Source: Octopus sinensis
Lineage: Eukaryota
DNA: 64,000 nt
Assembly (NCBI RefSeq): GCF_006345805.1
Contig: NC_043005.1
Span: forward strand, 99,076,001 to 99,140,000
Direction of reading: 5' to 3'
Of the stretch, positions 52,272 to 64,000 are shown in pieces. The stretch's first letter is position 1, and the number at the start of each line of letters is the position of its first letter. Made by a program: the position numbers and the translations under genes. Under the pieces are notes generated by a model. It was not told the origin of the DNA and ran no database searches. It was given only the letters and a program-made list of their open reading frames with translations.

Positions 52272-52703
52272 GTACACACACACATTTATATACGTATTTT
52301 TCAGTTATTTCGTCTTGTTAAAAATTCAAACAATATGTGTGTATGCTTGTAAGTTCATTTTTTGTTATTTATTAGAATTTTTCTGAGAAGGAAAGCCAGT
52401 TTTTTTTTTTTTTTTGCACCTCCTCACCAAAAAAAGAGAAAGATCCATTTCTGGAATTTGGAGACCAACAATAACTGTTATATAATGAATTTTAGGAAAA
52501 TCTTGCTTATTTTTATTGTTCCATCTAAAGTAAAGTGCATGTGAGCTGATGTCTTTCTTTATCTGCCAAATCTTAAATTTTCCAGCATGTCATTTAGATG
52601 TGTGTGTGTGTGGTGTGTGTGTGTACATGTCAACCTCACTATTCTCCTGGGAGGCAACAAATTATAGTTACATAACATATTAAAACTTCATTATTCTCTG
52701 CTA

Positions 52704-53060
52704 GGCGTAGGAGTGGCTGTGTGGTAAGTAGCTTGCTTACCAACCACATGTTTCCGGATACAGTCCCACTGTGTGACACCTTGGGCAAGTGTCTTTTACT
52801 ATAGCCTTGTGAGGGGATTTGGTAGACGGAAACTGAAAGAAGTCCGTTGTATATATGTATATACATACGTATGTGTGTGTATATGTTTGTGTGTCTGTGT
52901 TTGTCCCCCCAACATTGCTTGACAACTGATGCTGGTATGTTTATGTCCCCGTTACTAGGCTTACAAAGAATAAGACCTGGAGTCGATTTGCTCGATTAAA
53001 GGCAGTGCTCCAGTATGGCTGCAGTGAAATGACTGAAACAAGTAAAAGAGTAAAAGAGAG
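52704..53060 (+). mobile_element. SINE family A copy
   Basis: GGCGTAGGAGTGGCTGTGTGG head and GTAAAAGAG tail. Confidence 0.85.
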
Positions 53061-53094
53061 AGAGTATTAACCCTGTTAGTTGTCCTTCATAAGC

Positions 53095-54060
53095 CTTTCT
53101 ACTATAGGCACAAGGCTTGAAATTTGGTGGGAGGGGGTCAGTCGATTACATGGACTCCAGTACACAGCTAGTACTTAATTTATCAACCCTGAAAGGATGT
53201 AAGGCAAAGTTGACCTAGGCGGAATTTGAACTCAGAAGTAAAGTCAGATGAAATACCGCTTAGCATTTAGTCTGGTGTTCTGACGATTCTGCCAGCTTGC
53301 CACCTTGTTGTTCTTCATAATGATAAGCAACCTGTTTAATCACTTGCACTGCAACAGGCAGAGTTATGTACCTTATTAGTTGTAATATTTTTCTGCTATA
53401 GGTGCCATAAGACCTGAAATTTTAATGAATAACATTGACTTCAGTATTTGACTGGTACTTTATTTTACCAATGCTCTAAGGATGTAAGGCAAAGTTGACC
53501 TTGGTGGAATTTGAGCTCAGAAATGCTGTGCTGATGATTTTGCCAGCCCGCCCACTGCCTTATTAGTAGTTTGTAATATTGGTTACAAATTTTGGCACAA
53601 GGCCAGCAATTTCAAGGGAGGAGTCTAGTTAATAATATCAACCCCAGAGCTCAACTGATACTTATTTTACAGTTCTCTATTTAAGAGTTGAGGAATTTTG
53701 TACATTATTTACATTATTTACAATTAACAGATATTTGTCTTCATGTTGTTTGTTGTTAACACAACGTTTTGGCTGATATACCCTCCAGCCTTCTTCAAGT
53801 GTCTTGGGGAAATTTCAAACCTGGGTTCTCATTCCTAAGGTATTTTTCAATATTATTATTATTGTTAGTGCTTGGAATTAAACTCAGAATCTTGAGGTTA
53901 GTGACCTGCGCTCTTAACCACTATGGTACTTATTTTATTGACCATGAATGGATAAAAGGCAAAGTTGACTTTGGCAGAATTTGAACTCAGAATATGAAGA
54001 TGGACAAAATTTCACTAAGCATTTTGCCTGGCGTGCTAACAATTCTGCCAGCTCACTGAC
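53095..54060 (-). mobile_element. Cluster of minus-strand SINE family B copies
   Basis: Repeated GGCAAAGTTGAC...ATTTGAACTCAG and TTCTGCCAGCT reverse-complement heads. Confidence 0.75.
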
Positions 54061-55347
54061 TTTAGTTGTTGTAATATCAAAATTTTAATTCATATGGTTA
54101 GTTGTCCAGCATTAGACATTGCACTCATCATACAACACATTTTTAAAGGCAAGCAGTGTGTATGTTTGATTAGCTTATAGGCACAACAACACAGTGGCTC
54201 TAGCAGTAGTCATTAAATTTACAATAACAAGGTTAGTAGTAGTAGTAGTAGCTCAGCACCATAACACCTCAATATTCTTTGAGAAATAATCAAAGAATAC
54301 CAACATCCCAAAGCTATATTTAAACCCAAACACAATTATGAAAGTTTTCACATAAACAAAACATTGACACACCATCTGAACAACTAAGAAACAATAAATC
54401 TCTTTGCTTATATCAATAAATAAACAGTTTCATATAAACACAAAAAACAATTATCTGTGTTCAATTGAAGAAGTACAACCTTGTCACAACATCTTTTATC
54501 AGCATCATCATCACTTCTGTTATCATTGTTATTGTAATTATCTTTTCTTTTTTTCTCTTCTTTGAGATCAAATGTTGGGTAATTGATAAATTAGGAAAGA
54601 AATCAGGCTTTATTTCATAGCAGTCCCTGATGTGAATCTAGATAGTCTTGTTTAATCTTTTATTTTATATTTAATATATTTCAGTTTTCAGCTCTTTCAA
54701 TAACATTTTCTTCTTCTTAAGGCCTTTTTCTGAAGAATTTAATTTCTGTTTTGATTTTTGCTTGGATATTTATTTGCATATAATATTTAAAGTTTGATGT
54801 TTTAGTGAGCTTTCAGCTGAATGGAAGGATTGCCTGATATGGTTTGAAATTTGAAAATTATACATATTGTCAATTTTTGTGACACATCAAAAAAGAATGT
54901 AATGGTGAAGGTATGAGGTATGGGTATAACATCTGAATTATTAAATATTCTTCTTTGAGGAAGGTGGCTGGTTGAACACGTTTGGTAATGTTACACAAAA
55001 TGACTAGCAGCATCTAGTTTCCTGAATTGTAATTATGAGTTCAAACTCTCACCAGGCATTATTTTGTCTTACATATAGGTGTGACTAAGTGGTGAAACAA
55101 ATTAAATACCAGTAAAATACTAGGGTCAGGTTAATAAAAACTCTCTTGTTCTGAACAAAAATCAAAAGCAAAATTATGATTTGAAATTCTCTTCCCTGTA
55201 AGAGTGCACAGATAGATTGAGGTACTTACAGCCAACTCAAAATGAGAAGAGGAAATGTTCGCAAGAAACAAGAATTCTCCAAAACTGACAAAATTAAGGA
55301 AAAGACAATTTGATTGTCTAGAGACCAGAACAGCTGAACACATACCC

Positions 55348-55557
55348 TTTTACTTGTTTCAGTCATTTGACTGTGGCCATGCTGGAGCATCGCCTTTAGT
55401 CGAGCAAATCGCCCCCAGGACTTATTCTTGTAAGCCTAGTACTTATTCTATCGGTCTCTTTTGCTAAACACTAAGTTACGGGGACATAAACACACCAGCA
55501 TCGGTTATCAAGCGATGTTGGGGGGACAAACACAGACACACAAACATATCCACACAC

Positions 55558-55591
<34 letters not shown>

Positions 55592-56156
55592 TTCGTACAA
55601 GCTACGACGAATTCTACGGTTGGCTATCGAGTTTGTAATGTTATGTTTTTCTCTTATATTTCTTGAGTTTGTTGCACTGACGAACATAGAATGCATATTC
55701 TGCATTAAATGCGAAATCACATGTGATATGTAACTGAATTCTTTTTTAAAATGATGTGTTTTGAAGTTTTGCATTCGGTAAAATTTTGTTTATTTTTAGT
55801 AGTTTTGACCGCATTGGTCCCTCTTAGCGTGTTGGTATCTACGAATAGTAGTACCCTCAATATAATATAAATGAATATTTTCAAAGAGGAAGAATTTACG
55901 GATTTTTTCTCTTACGAGGTTTTTCACGCTGACTACTGATAATTTCTTTTAAAGATTTTATCCTCAATTGTTAATATATATATATATATACATATATGCG
56001 ACGGGCTTCTTTCAGTTTCCGTCTATCAAATCCACTCACAAGGCTTTGGTCGGCCTGAGGCTATAGTAGAAGACACTTGCCCAAGGTGCCACACAGTGGG
56101 ACTGAACCTGGAACCATGTGGTTGGTAAGCAAGCTACTTACTACACAGCCACTCCT
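55348..56156 (-). mobile_element. SINE family A split by a ~383-bp insertion in its internal (TA)n
   Basis: The 3' half is at 55348-55590 and the 5' half at 55975-56156. Confidence 0.88.
55671..55734 (+). ncRNA. Type I hammerhead ribozyme inside the 55591-55973 insert
   Basis: Stem I GTTGCA/TGTAAC, core CTGACGA, branched stem II (ACAT..ATGC, AGAAT/ATTCT), GAAA, perfect palindrome TCACATGTGA, then TA. Predicted cleavage after 55728. Confidence 0.72.
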
Positions 56157-57243
56157 ATTCAGAACAAGATGAGGACAGATGTTTTTCCGTCTATTGACAA
56201 TATTAGTACAGCAGTTTTTCACCTTTGACTTCAATGGATGTAAGCCATTGTATGAATAGAAGGGTTTTCTCACATTAGTGATATGTTCCTCTTCATGGAC
56301 TCTATTACATTTCAATAAGCTAGTGAGTTACAGTGAATATACCAGAAAGCCTGAATTAGTGACAGAGGGAAAATACAGACTATTGTGGTAATTCTATGTC
56401 AACTAACAAAGCCATCAGTTTTCAGCTCTTGTGATAATAACATATTGCAGATAATATGGGATTATTTCAGTTGGATGTTATGATAAATATATTTAAACAA
56501 AATACAAATACTGGAAAAGAAATATCAGTTCTCCATAAATCTAACAACAAAAATTTAAGTAAATATCCAGCGTGCAAAAATAAAGTCCTTCCTTCCCTTC
56601 GATATAATGTAAACACTTACTTCAACACAGATATGGTAAATATAGGACAATTTTAAATGTGCTACTTTATCGAAGAGCAATTTCTAGAAAAAATACCTCA
56701 AACATGTGCTGTGTTGTGTGTGTGTGTGTGTCTGTGCTTACGCATGCACACTTGTATGAAACAAACACATTTGGAGAAAGAGACCGTCACCTCCTCCACT
56801 AAAAACCTACCAAAACAAATGGAAGTTTAATAATGATTGTGAAGTGTGTATTAAGGAGACAACAATTTTATTCTGGTCTTCTCTAGGATTACAGAAATCT
56901 TTCTTGTGAATTATGGTTATTAGGTAAAAGGAGATTTCATTGTAGACTTTTAGATATCACAATTTTTTTATACATATTTCTCACTTACTCGGAAAGTAAC
57001 CCTATATTTCTTATCCCTTTTCCTAATTACTCCTTTACTACTCCATTTGTTCAATTTTTATTTTTTTGCTTTTCTTCTATTTCCCCATCTCACATTTTCC
57101 CCCTTTTACAAACCATCTGCTTTTTACTTCCTCATCCCTCACTTTCTTTTCTCTTGCCCAGTTTACTTCTCATCCCTTTCCCTACTCCATCTCTTCCTTC
57201 ACACTTCATCCCTATACTCTTCTTTAACTTTTATGCATGTATA

Positions 57244-57545
57244 CAAGGGGCTGCTGAAAAGTCCCTGGCTTTGAGTAAAAGCAAATACAGGAAGGTCAGT
57301 TAATCGTGATTTTATTCTGCATATTTCCCTGTCAGATTCACTCACTTACTGCGGCAGTCTTTCAGTTTTTCTGAGCCCTTTGGAAGAACTCAGAATGTTG
57401 GGCCTCCAATCAGGAACTTTTCAGCACCCACTCCTATGTATATATGTATGTTTTTCTAAGCCCTGTAAAAGAACTTGGAAGGTTGGGCCTCCAACCAGCC
57501 CTTTCACGTTACCCTTAAAGCCAGCAACTTTTCAGCACCCCCTTG
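57244..57545. mobile_element. Mariner-derived MITE-like element
   Basis: Left end TA-CAAGGGGCTGCTGAAAAGTCCCTGG and right end CCAGCAACTTTTCAGCACCCCCTTG. There is no ORF. Confidence 0.7.
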
Positions 57546-58540
57546 TGTATGTGTTATACATGTGTGTACATGTAACTAAGTAGTCCTCCTATTTCCCTTG
57601 CTTCACTAAATGGAATTGTATTTTTAAATCCTCCACCCTTCTCCAGTGCTTCTGGTTTTGTTTTATCATTTCAGAATTAAATGGAATGTTCTAGTTAAAA
57701 AGTTTAGAATTTAAATAACTTTTGGACATCAAATATTTCTGTGGAAACTGGAATAGAAATGGAAAGTTGAAAATTATAAGAAAAAACAAATACACACAAG
57801 CACACACACACACACACTACATACATACACACTACTTACAAATGCACACACACACATACACACACAATCTGTAAAAATCAAGAAAGTTTCATTCAATTGC
57901 AATGTTTGTGTGTGATTATGTGTTTGCATATGCTCATGTTTGTGTGTGTAAATATGAACACATACATCTGATTTAGTGTGCATAAGAATATTTATTCAAT
58001 ATGTGTGTGAATGCCTACCGACATACATACATACATACACACATAGACATTCAATGTGTGTATATTGTATAAAATCCAAATGAAGTTGTTTCACTCACTG
58101 ATAAAAGCAAATAAAATAAAATTTATTTTGATTTCACTGAATATTATTATTATTATTATTGTTGTTATTAGTCGTCTTTTACTGCTATTATTACTATTAT
58201 TATTATTATTAGTTTTATTGTACTGTTCTCTATGTCTTCGGCCCTTGTGGCCAATAAAAGAAATCGTTATTATTTATTTATATGTGTTTAATTTTGGTGA
58301 TGTTTTTTTTCTTATTTTCTTTCATTTCTTGCCATTAATCATCAAATCAAATCAATTCTGAATGTCATTTATGTTTGTATATCAAAGAATTCTTCTTCTT
58401 CTACTTCTTTCTTTTTCTTTGTTTTCATTTTTGTTCTTCTTCCCAATTCTGTGTTATTGGAATCCATGCGTGGAGAAACTGCAAGTAAATGCAATATGTA
58501 AGATTATCTACACAAATAATATATGTATACACACATATAT

Positions 58541-58583
<43 letters not shown>

Positions 58584-59621
58584 GAGTGTGTGTGTATGTG
58601 TGTATTTTCATGAGTATACACACACACACACACAAACATATTAAACTCAGTTATACACACAGCAGATATACATGAATGAACTTTTCAATACATGAATGAT
58701 TTTTGTTTATAAATGTGTGTGTGTAGTGGAGAATGGGGAGCAAGAGACACTCAGTTGTGTGCTTGTGTGTGACTACATATGTGTGTGTATATGTGTGTGT
58801 CTGTGTGTGTGTGTGTGTGAATGTATATGTATGTATGTGAGAGAAAGACATTGATGTGTGCATGTGAGTATGAAAAATTTACATGTTTCTCTGTCTGTGT
58901 GTGTTTTTGTCTATTTAACTATTTCATATTTTCCTAAAGTAGTGTACAGTCAGGTAGAAAGGTGGAGCTAGTTTGCTATAGTGATGTGATTGTGTAACAG
59001 AAAAGATGATGGTGGTGGTGGCAGTGATGGTGGTGTTGATACAACAGATAGCATGTGTATGATGGTGGCGATATAATGAAATGGAAGAGAGGTGGAAGGT
59101 AGGAAAAGAGAAAGATTATCGCAGGATAAAGTAGTAAAGGAAGAAATCAGAGGAAGTGAGAGGATAAGGAGAAACCGAGGAACATACAAGGGCAGAGAGA
59201 GAGAGAGAGAGAATTGTTTAACCTTATGTGAGCTCTGATCAAACAGATCTTGAATCAAAAGACATTCCAGCCATGACTATCTTTTCTTTTCGTTCACATT
59301 ACCCAGTTTATTTATGGTTTTTAAAGATGGTAGTGTGACTACGAAGAGGTGAAGGGTTCACATAGAGAACACCTAATTGTCATGTCAGCAGAATGGAAAA
59401 GTGAAGAATGGATGAATATAGAATAAAAGAGGTTTTTTCATTCTATTCCTTTCCTTAATTTTCAATCTGAATTTTTGAATTACTAGCTTATTGCTGGGGT
59501 ATCTGTCCTGTATTGGGACATCCATCACTAAGTCAGAACAATTTAGTCCTAAGCAGCATGTATGGCTACATGTTACGAAATATCATTTTCTTTGAAACTC
59601 AAAGAATTCACATTGCATTCT

Positions 59622-60012
59622 TTTATTCTTTTATTTGTATCAGTCATTTGACTGTGGCCATACTGGAGCACCACCTTTCGTTGAACAAATCGACCCCAGC
59701 ACTTATTCTTTGTAAGCCTAGTACTTATCCTATCAGTCTCTTTTGCCGAACTGCTAAGTTATGGGGGACATAAGCACACCATCATTGGTTGTCAAGCGAT
59801 GGTGGGGGAGGGGGACAGACACACAAATGCACACACACACACACATATGTTTACAATGGAGTTCTTTCAGTTTCCATCTACCAAATCTACTCACAAGGCT
59901 TTGGTCGGCCCGAGGCTATAGCAGAAGACACTTGCCCAAGGTGCTACATAGTCAGCCTGAACATGGAACCATGTGGTTGGTAAGCAAACTACTTACCACA
60001 CAGCCACTCCTG
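59622..60012 (-). mobile_element. SINE family A copy
   Basis: Reverse complement of the family A sequence. Confidence 0.85.
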
Positions 60013-61490
60013 TGCATATGCCTAAACGAAGTGTGTGTGCTTGTTTGTGAACATTCAAATGTGTACTGAAAATATCTTTAAAGCTTTTTTTATTTAACAT
60101 TATGGTGGCTCTGGCATCTGAACTGAAGCATTCTTCGTTGATTTCCTTTGTGAATTTTGGAAAGCTAATCAATTAAGTTAGAGTTGTTGACAAAAGACAT
60201 TTGCATGAGAGATGAGCCTCCTCCACCTCATTAAAATTTGATCTCAGAATTTAGAAGAACAGAACAAAACGCAGAAATATATCTCGTCCAGTTTCTAGAC
60301 TGTACCATTGCCATTACTGATAATACTATCACCACCACTGCCACCACCACTATCCCTCTGCCACCGCCGCTGCCACCACCACCACCAAACCATCACCTCA
60401 ACCACAACCACTAACACCACCACCTCCACCACTGCCTCCACCTCCACCACCACTGCCACCGCCGCCACCGCCACCAATGCCTCTGCTGCTGCCATCACTG
60501 CCACCACCAAACCATCACCTCAACCACCACCACTAACACCACCACCACCACCACCACCACCACCCAGTGCTCATCCATGGCAGAACAATATCTCACCAGT
60601 TGTTTCAAGATTGGTAACAGACTCTATTTCACTCACTGAAGAGGATTCATAATGTAGATACATGCCCAGAGTTATCATCTCACTGCTAATGATCAAACTC
60701 AGAGATTTCCATATTTAACTTATGAAATTAATTTAAAATGCCAGAGTAAACAAATAAATAATACAATCACATTCACATATAAAGGACTGAAGTGGGATTT
60801 GCCAAGAAGAAGCCTGGCATTTTAACAAGTGTATATATTTACACCCACCCATACAAACATACATACAACTTTCTGAGTGACACTCTGTGTGTGTGTGTAT
60901 GTGTGAGTATACTTGTGTGTGTGTGTGTGCACATGTATGTGTGTGCATGTATATGTGTGTGTGAGTGTGTGAATGTATGTGTGTATGTATTGAGTAAAGT
61001 GCTCAATGAAATAAAACAATTTTAATTTCAGAGCAATGATATCATAAATGCTTATTAATGAAATGATATATGGCAAATAAAGCAATAGATATGTGGGTGA
61101 GTGTGTTTCAAAATGTGTGTGTCTGTGTATTAAATGCATATGTATTATGTATAAATTCCCTGGACAAGGATTCAAGATTCTTGTAGAGATACATCTGTAA
61201 ATTATACACATGCACAATGTTGTCAGTTGTGGCAATGTTACGGTGGAATAAAACCAGTAACCATATACTACATCTCTTTGGCTGTTGATGATGGCACTGT
61301 ATGTATGTATAATTTATCTACACAACTCTGCTAGGGACATGAATTAATTTCCAGGAAAATATATAAAGGCGACAAAGGTGATTTTCTTCTGCCTTCCTAT
61401 GTGTATTTCTTTTACGTTTTTGTTTTTACAAAATGCAATCTTGTTGGAATCTTAGAACTTAAAGAACAGGTAAAAATACTAAAATTTTAA

Positions 61491-61888
61491 CAGGAGTGGC
61501 TGTGTGGTAAGTAGCTTGCTTACCAACCACATGGTTCTGGGTTCAGTCCCACTGCGTGGCACCTTGGGCAAGTGTCTTCTACTATAGCCTTGGGCCGACC
61601 AAAGCCTTGTGAGTGGATTTGGTAGATGAAAACTGAAAAGAAGCCTGTCGTATATGTGTATATGTATATATATGTATGTGTGTGTGTTTGTGCGTCTGTG
61701 TTTGTCTACCCAACATTGCTTGACAACTGATGCTGGTATGTTTAAGTTCCCGTAACTTAGTGGTTCGGCAAAAGAGACCAATAGAATAAGTACTAGGCTT
61801 ACAAAGAATAAGTCCTGGGGTTGATTTGTTTGACTAAAGGTGGTGCTCCAGCATGGCCACTGTCAAATGAGTGAAGAGAAAAAGAGTA
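61491..61888 (+). mobile_element. SINE family A copy
   Basis: Head CAGGAGTGGCTGTGTGG, B box GGTTCAGTCCC, and tail. Confidence 0.88.
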
Positions 61889-62830
61889 ACTCATCCAGTC
61901 TTGGAATGGAATTTAATTTCTGTGATGTTGGAAAGATGAAAAAAATGTTAATTTTGGTGGGAGCTGAACTCAGAATGTAAAGGGCTGGCAGAAATACCAG
62001 AAGGTATTTTGTTTGGTGTTCTAATGCTTTTGCCAATTCCCAATCTGTGTGTGCATGTGCATATGTTGAATGTTGTGTGTGTGTGTGTGTGTGTGTGTGT
62101 ACATATATATATATATATGTGTGTGTGTATGTATGTATGTATATATGTATGTATGTATATATATATGTATATATATATATATGTATGTATGTATATATAT
62201 ATGTATATATATATATATGTGTATGTATGTATATATATATGTATGTATGTATATATATATGTATGTATGTATATATATATGTATGTATATATGTATGTAC
62301 ATATGTATGTATGTATGTATATATATAGGAGATAGGGGTACGTTACGCCGCAATAATATAAAAGTCGTAAGATGCCCGCTGTTTTTGTCCTGCTTACCAT
62401 TCTTGTTTTTTATTTCTATTTTTTGTTTCTTGTATTTATATTCATGTGGCATCCTGTCTGTTTCGTATACATTCGATCCTCTTTCCAAGAAATCTGATGC
62501 CTGTGGCTTAGTTCGGAGTGATATCGAGATTAAACAGCCGAAATTGCTAAGATGATCCGGTTCCGACTGAAGATTAGAGGCTTCGAGTGACCCATCTGTT
62601 TTTTTTGTGTCGTCTCTTTGTGTGTTTTTGCGTTCTTGTCCCACTTTGTAATTTATATTTTATATTTAATTTCTATACATATGTATATATATATATGTAT
62701 GTATATATATATATGTATGTAATATATATATGTATGTATATATGTATGTATATATATATATATATATGTATGTATATATGTACGTACGTATGTATATATA
62801 CACATATATAAATGTATGTATATATATATA

Positions 62831-63197
62831 TACTAGCAGTATCGCCCGGCGTTGCTCAGGTTTGTAAGGGAAATAACTATAAAGCATTTTCAGAGAGTTA
62901 TAGCCAAAAAATAGCAAAAAAATGGAAAAAAATGATGGTAAATTTTTTTTTTAGTTAAAAAAGGTGGAGTTGCGTCCCCTAGACAGTTTGCGGTTTGTGT
63001 TTCTGATTCTCGACCCCATGTCGAATTTATCGATTTTTTTCAGAACTGGGGGAACTTTTCAAAATTTTCGCTGCGTTAGTTTTGAATTATGACATTGGGC
63101 TATGTGTGTGTCAAGTTTCATCAGAATCGGTTGAAAGCCGTGGTCAGGGTGAGGGTACAAGCAAACAGACACACAGAAAACACACAGACAAACTGCC

Positions 63198-63205
<8 letters not shown>
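62831..63205 (+). mobile_element. Non-autonomous Helitron-like element
   Basis: 5' TACTAGCAG..GCCCGGCGTTGCTCAGG, subterminal AAGTTTCATCAGAATCGG, ACAGACA-type microsatellite and TTTATATATA end. This layout is typical of Lep1/DINE-like elements. Confidence 0.6.
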
Positions 63206-63241
<36 letters not shown>

Positions 63242-63251
63242 GTATATATAT

Positions 63252-63520
63252 CGTGCCGGTGGCACGTAAAAACACCATCCGATTGTGGCTATTCGGCAGC
63301 CTCGCCTGGCCTCCGTGCCGGTGTCACGTAAAATGCACCATCCGATCATGGCCGTTTGCTAGCCTGGAGTGGTTGGCGTTAGGAAGGGCATCCAACCGTA
63401 GAAACATTGCCAGATCAGACTGGACCTGGTGCAGCCTTCTGGCTTCCCAGACCCCAGTTGCACCGTCCAACCCATGCCAGCATGGAAAACGGACGCTAAA
63501 CGATGATGATGATGATGATG
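63252..63520 (+). mobile_element. SINE-like family C copy
   Basis: GGTGGCACGTAAAAACACC, AGGAAGGGCATCCAAC and (GAT)n tail. Confidence 0.82.
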
Positions 63521-63680
63521 TATGTATGTATGTATGTATGTATATATATGTATGTATGTATATTTATATGTATGTATGTATGTATATATATGTATGTATG
63601 TATATTTATATGTATGTATGTATGTATATATATGTATGTATGTATATTTATATGTATGTATGTATATATATATATGTATG

Positions 63681-63712
<32 letters not shown>

Positions 63713-63900
63713 TATATGTATGTATATATATATATGTATGTATATATATATATATGTATGTATATATATATATATGTATGTATATATATATGTATGTATA
63801 TATATATATGTATGTATATATATATGTATGTATATATATATATGTATGTATATATATATGTATGTATATATATAAATATGTATATATATATATATATATA
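63520..63900. repeat. (TATG/TA)n compound microsatellite
   Basis: Direct inspection. A similar tract lies at 62080-62330. Confidence 0.95.
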
Positions 63901-64000
63901 TAGATCAATAAATGGTGGGGTTTATATATATATACATGTAAAACTCCGTTGGTTACGACGACAAGGGTTCCAGTTGATTTAATCAACAGAACCCTTAACG

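Noticed and set aside
61948-63986. Many long ORFs (YIYI, MYVC, HTHT repeats), also at 3248-3746, 17555-17932, 23316-23570, 33331-33687 and 60733-61235
   Set aside because: These are translations of TA/TG/TATG/TAT microsatellites with no domain content.

Overview
Eukaryotic, AT-rich, microsatellite-dense DNA with no host gene I can support. The abundant tRNA-headed SINEs with internal TA/TG tracts resemble repeats I associate with Octopus genomes (inference, not checked). The window is a nest of transposable elements: two 5'-truncated Penelope-like elements (PLEs) with inverted pseudo-LTRs, a DD36E Tc1-like transposon, a near full-length RTE LINE followed by a six-unit concatemer, a second RTE with a twin-priming-type 5' inversion, and fragments of R4/Dong, Hero, L1/Tx1 and CR1-like LINEs. 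It also holds a Helitron-like element, a mariner MITE and three SINE families. The main signal the ORF track misses is six distinct type I hammerhead-ribozyme-like folds (ten copies), found by hand in elements embedded in (TA)n tracts. They occur in both PLE pseudo-LTRs, in a tandem 409-bp repeat, in a 750-bp foldback, as a solo ~380-bp insert inside a SINE, and as a ~60-bp relic. Five of the six have an enlarged stem II (27-58 nt), several have palindromic stem III loops, and several carry core variants. Most ORFs in the supplied track are microsatellite artefacts. The region ~44-51.7 kb has an indel pattern suggestive of unpolished long reads.
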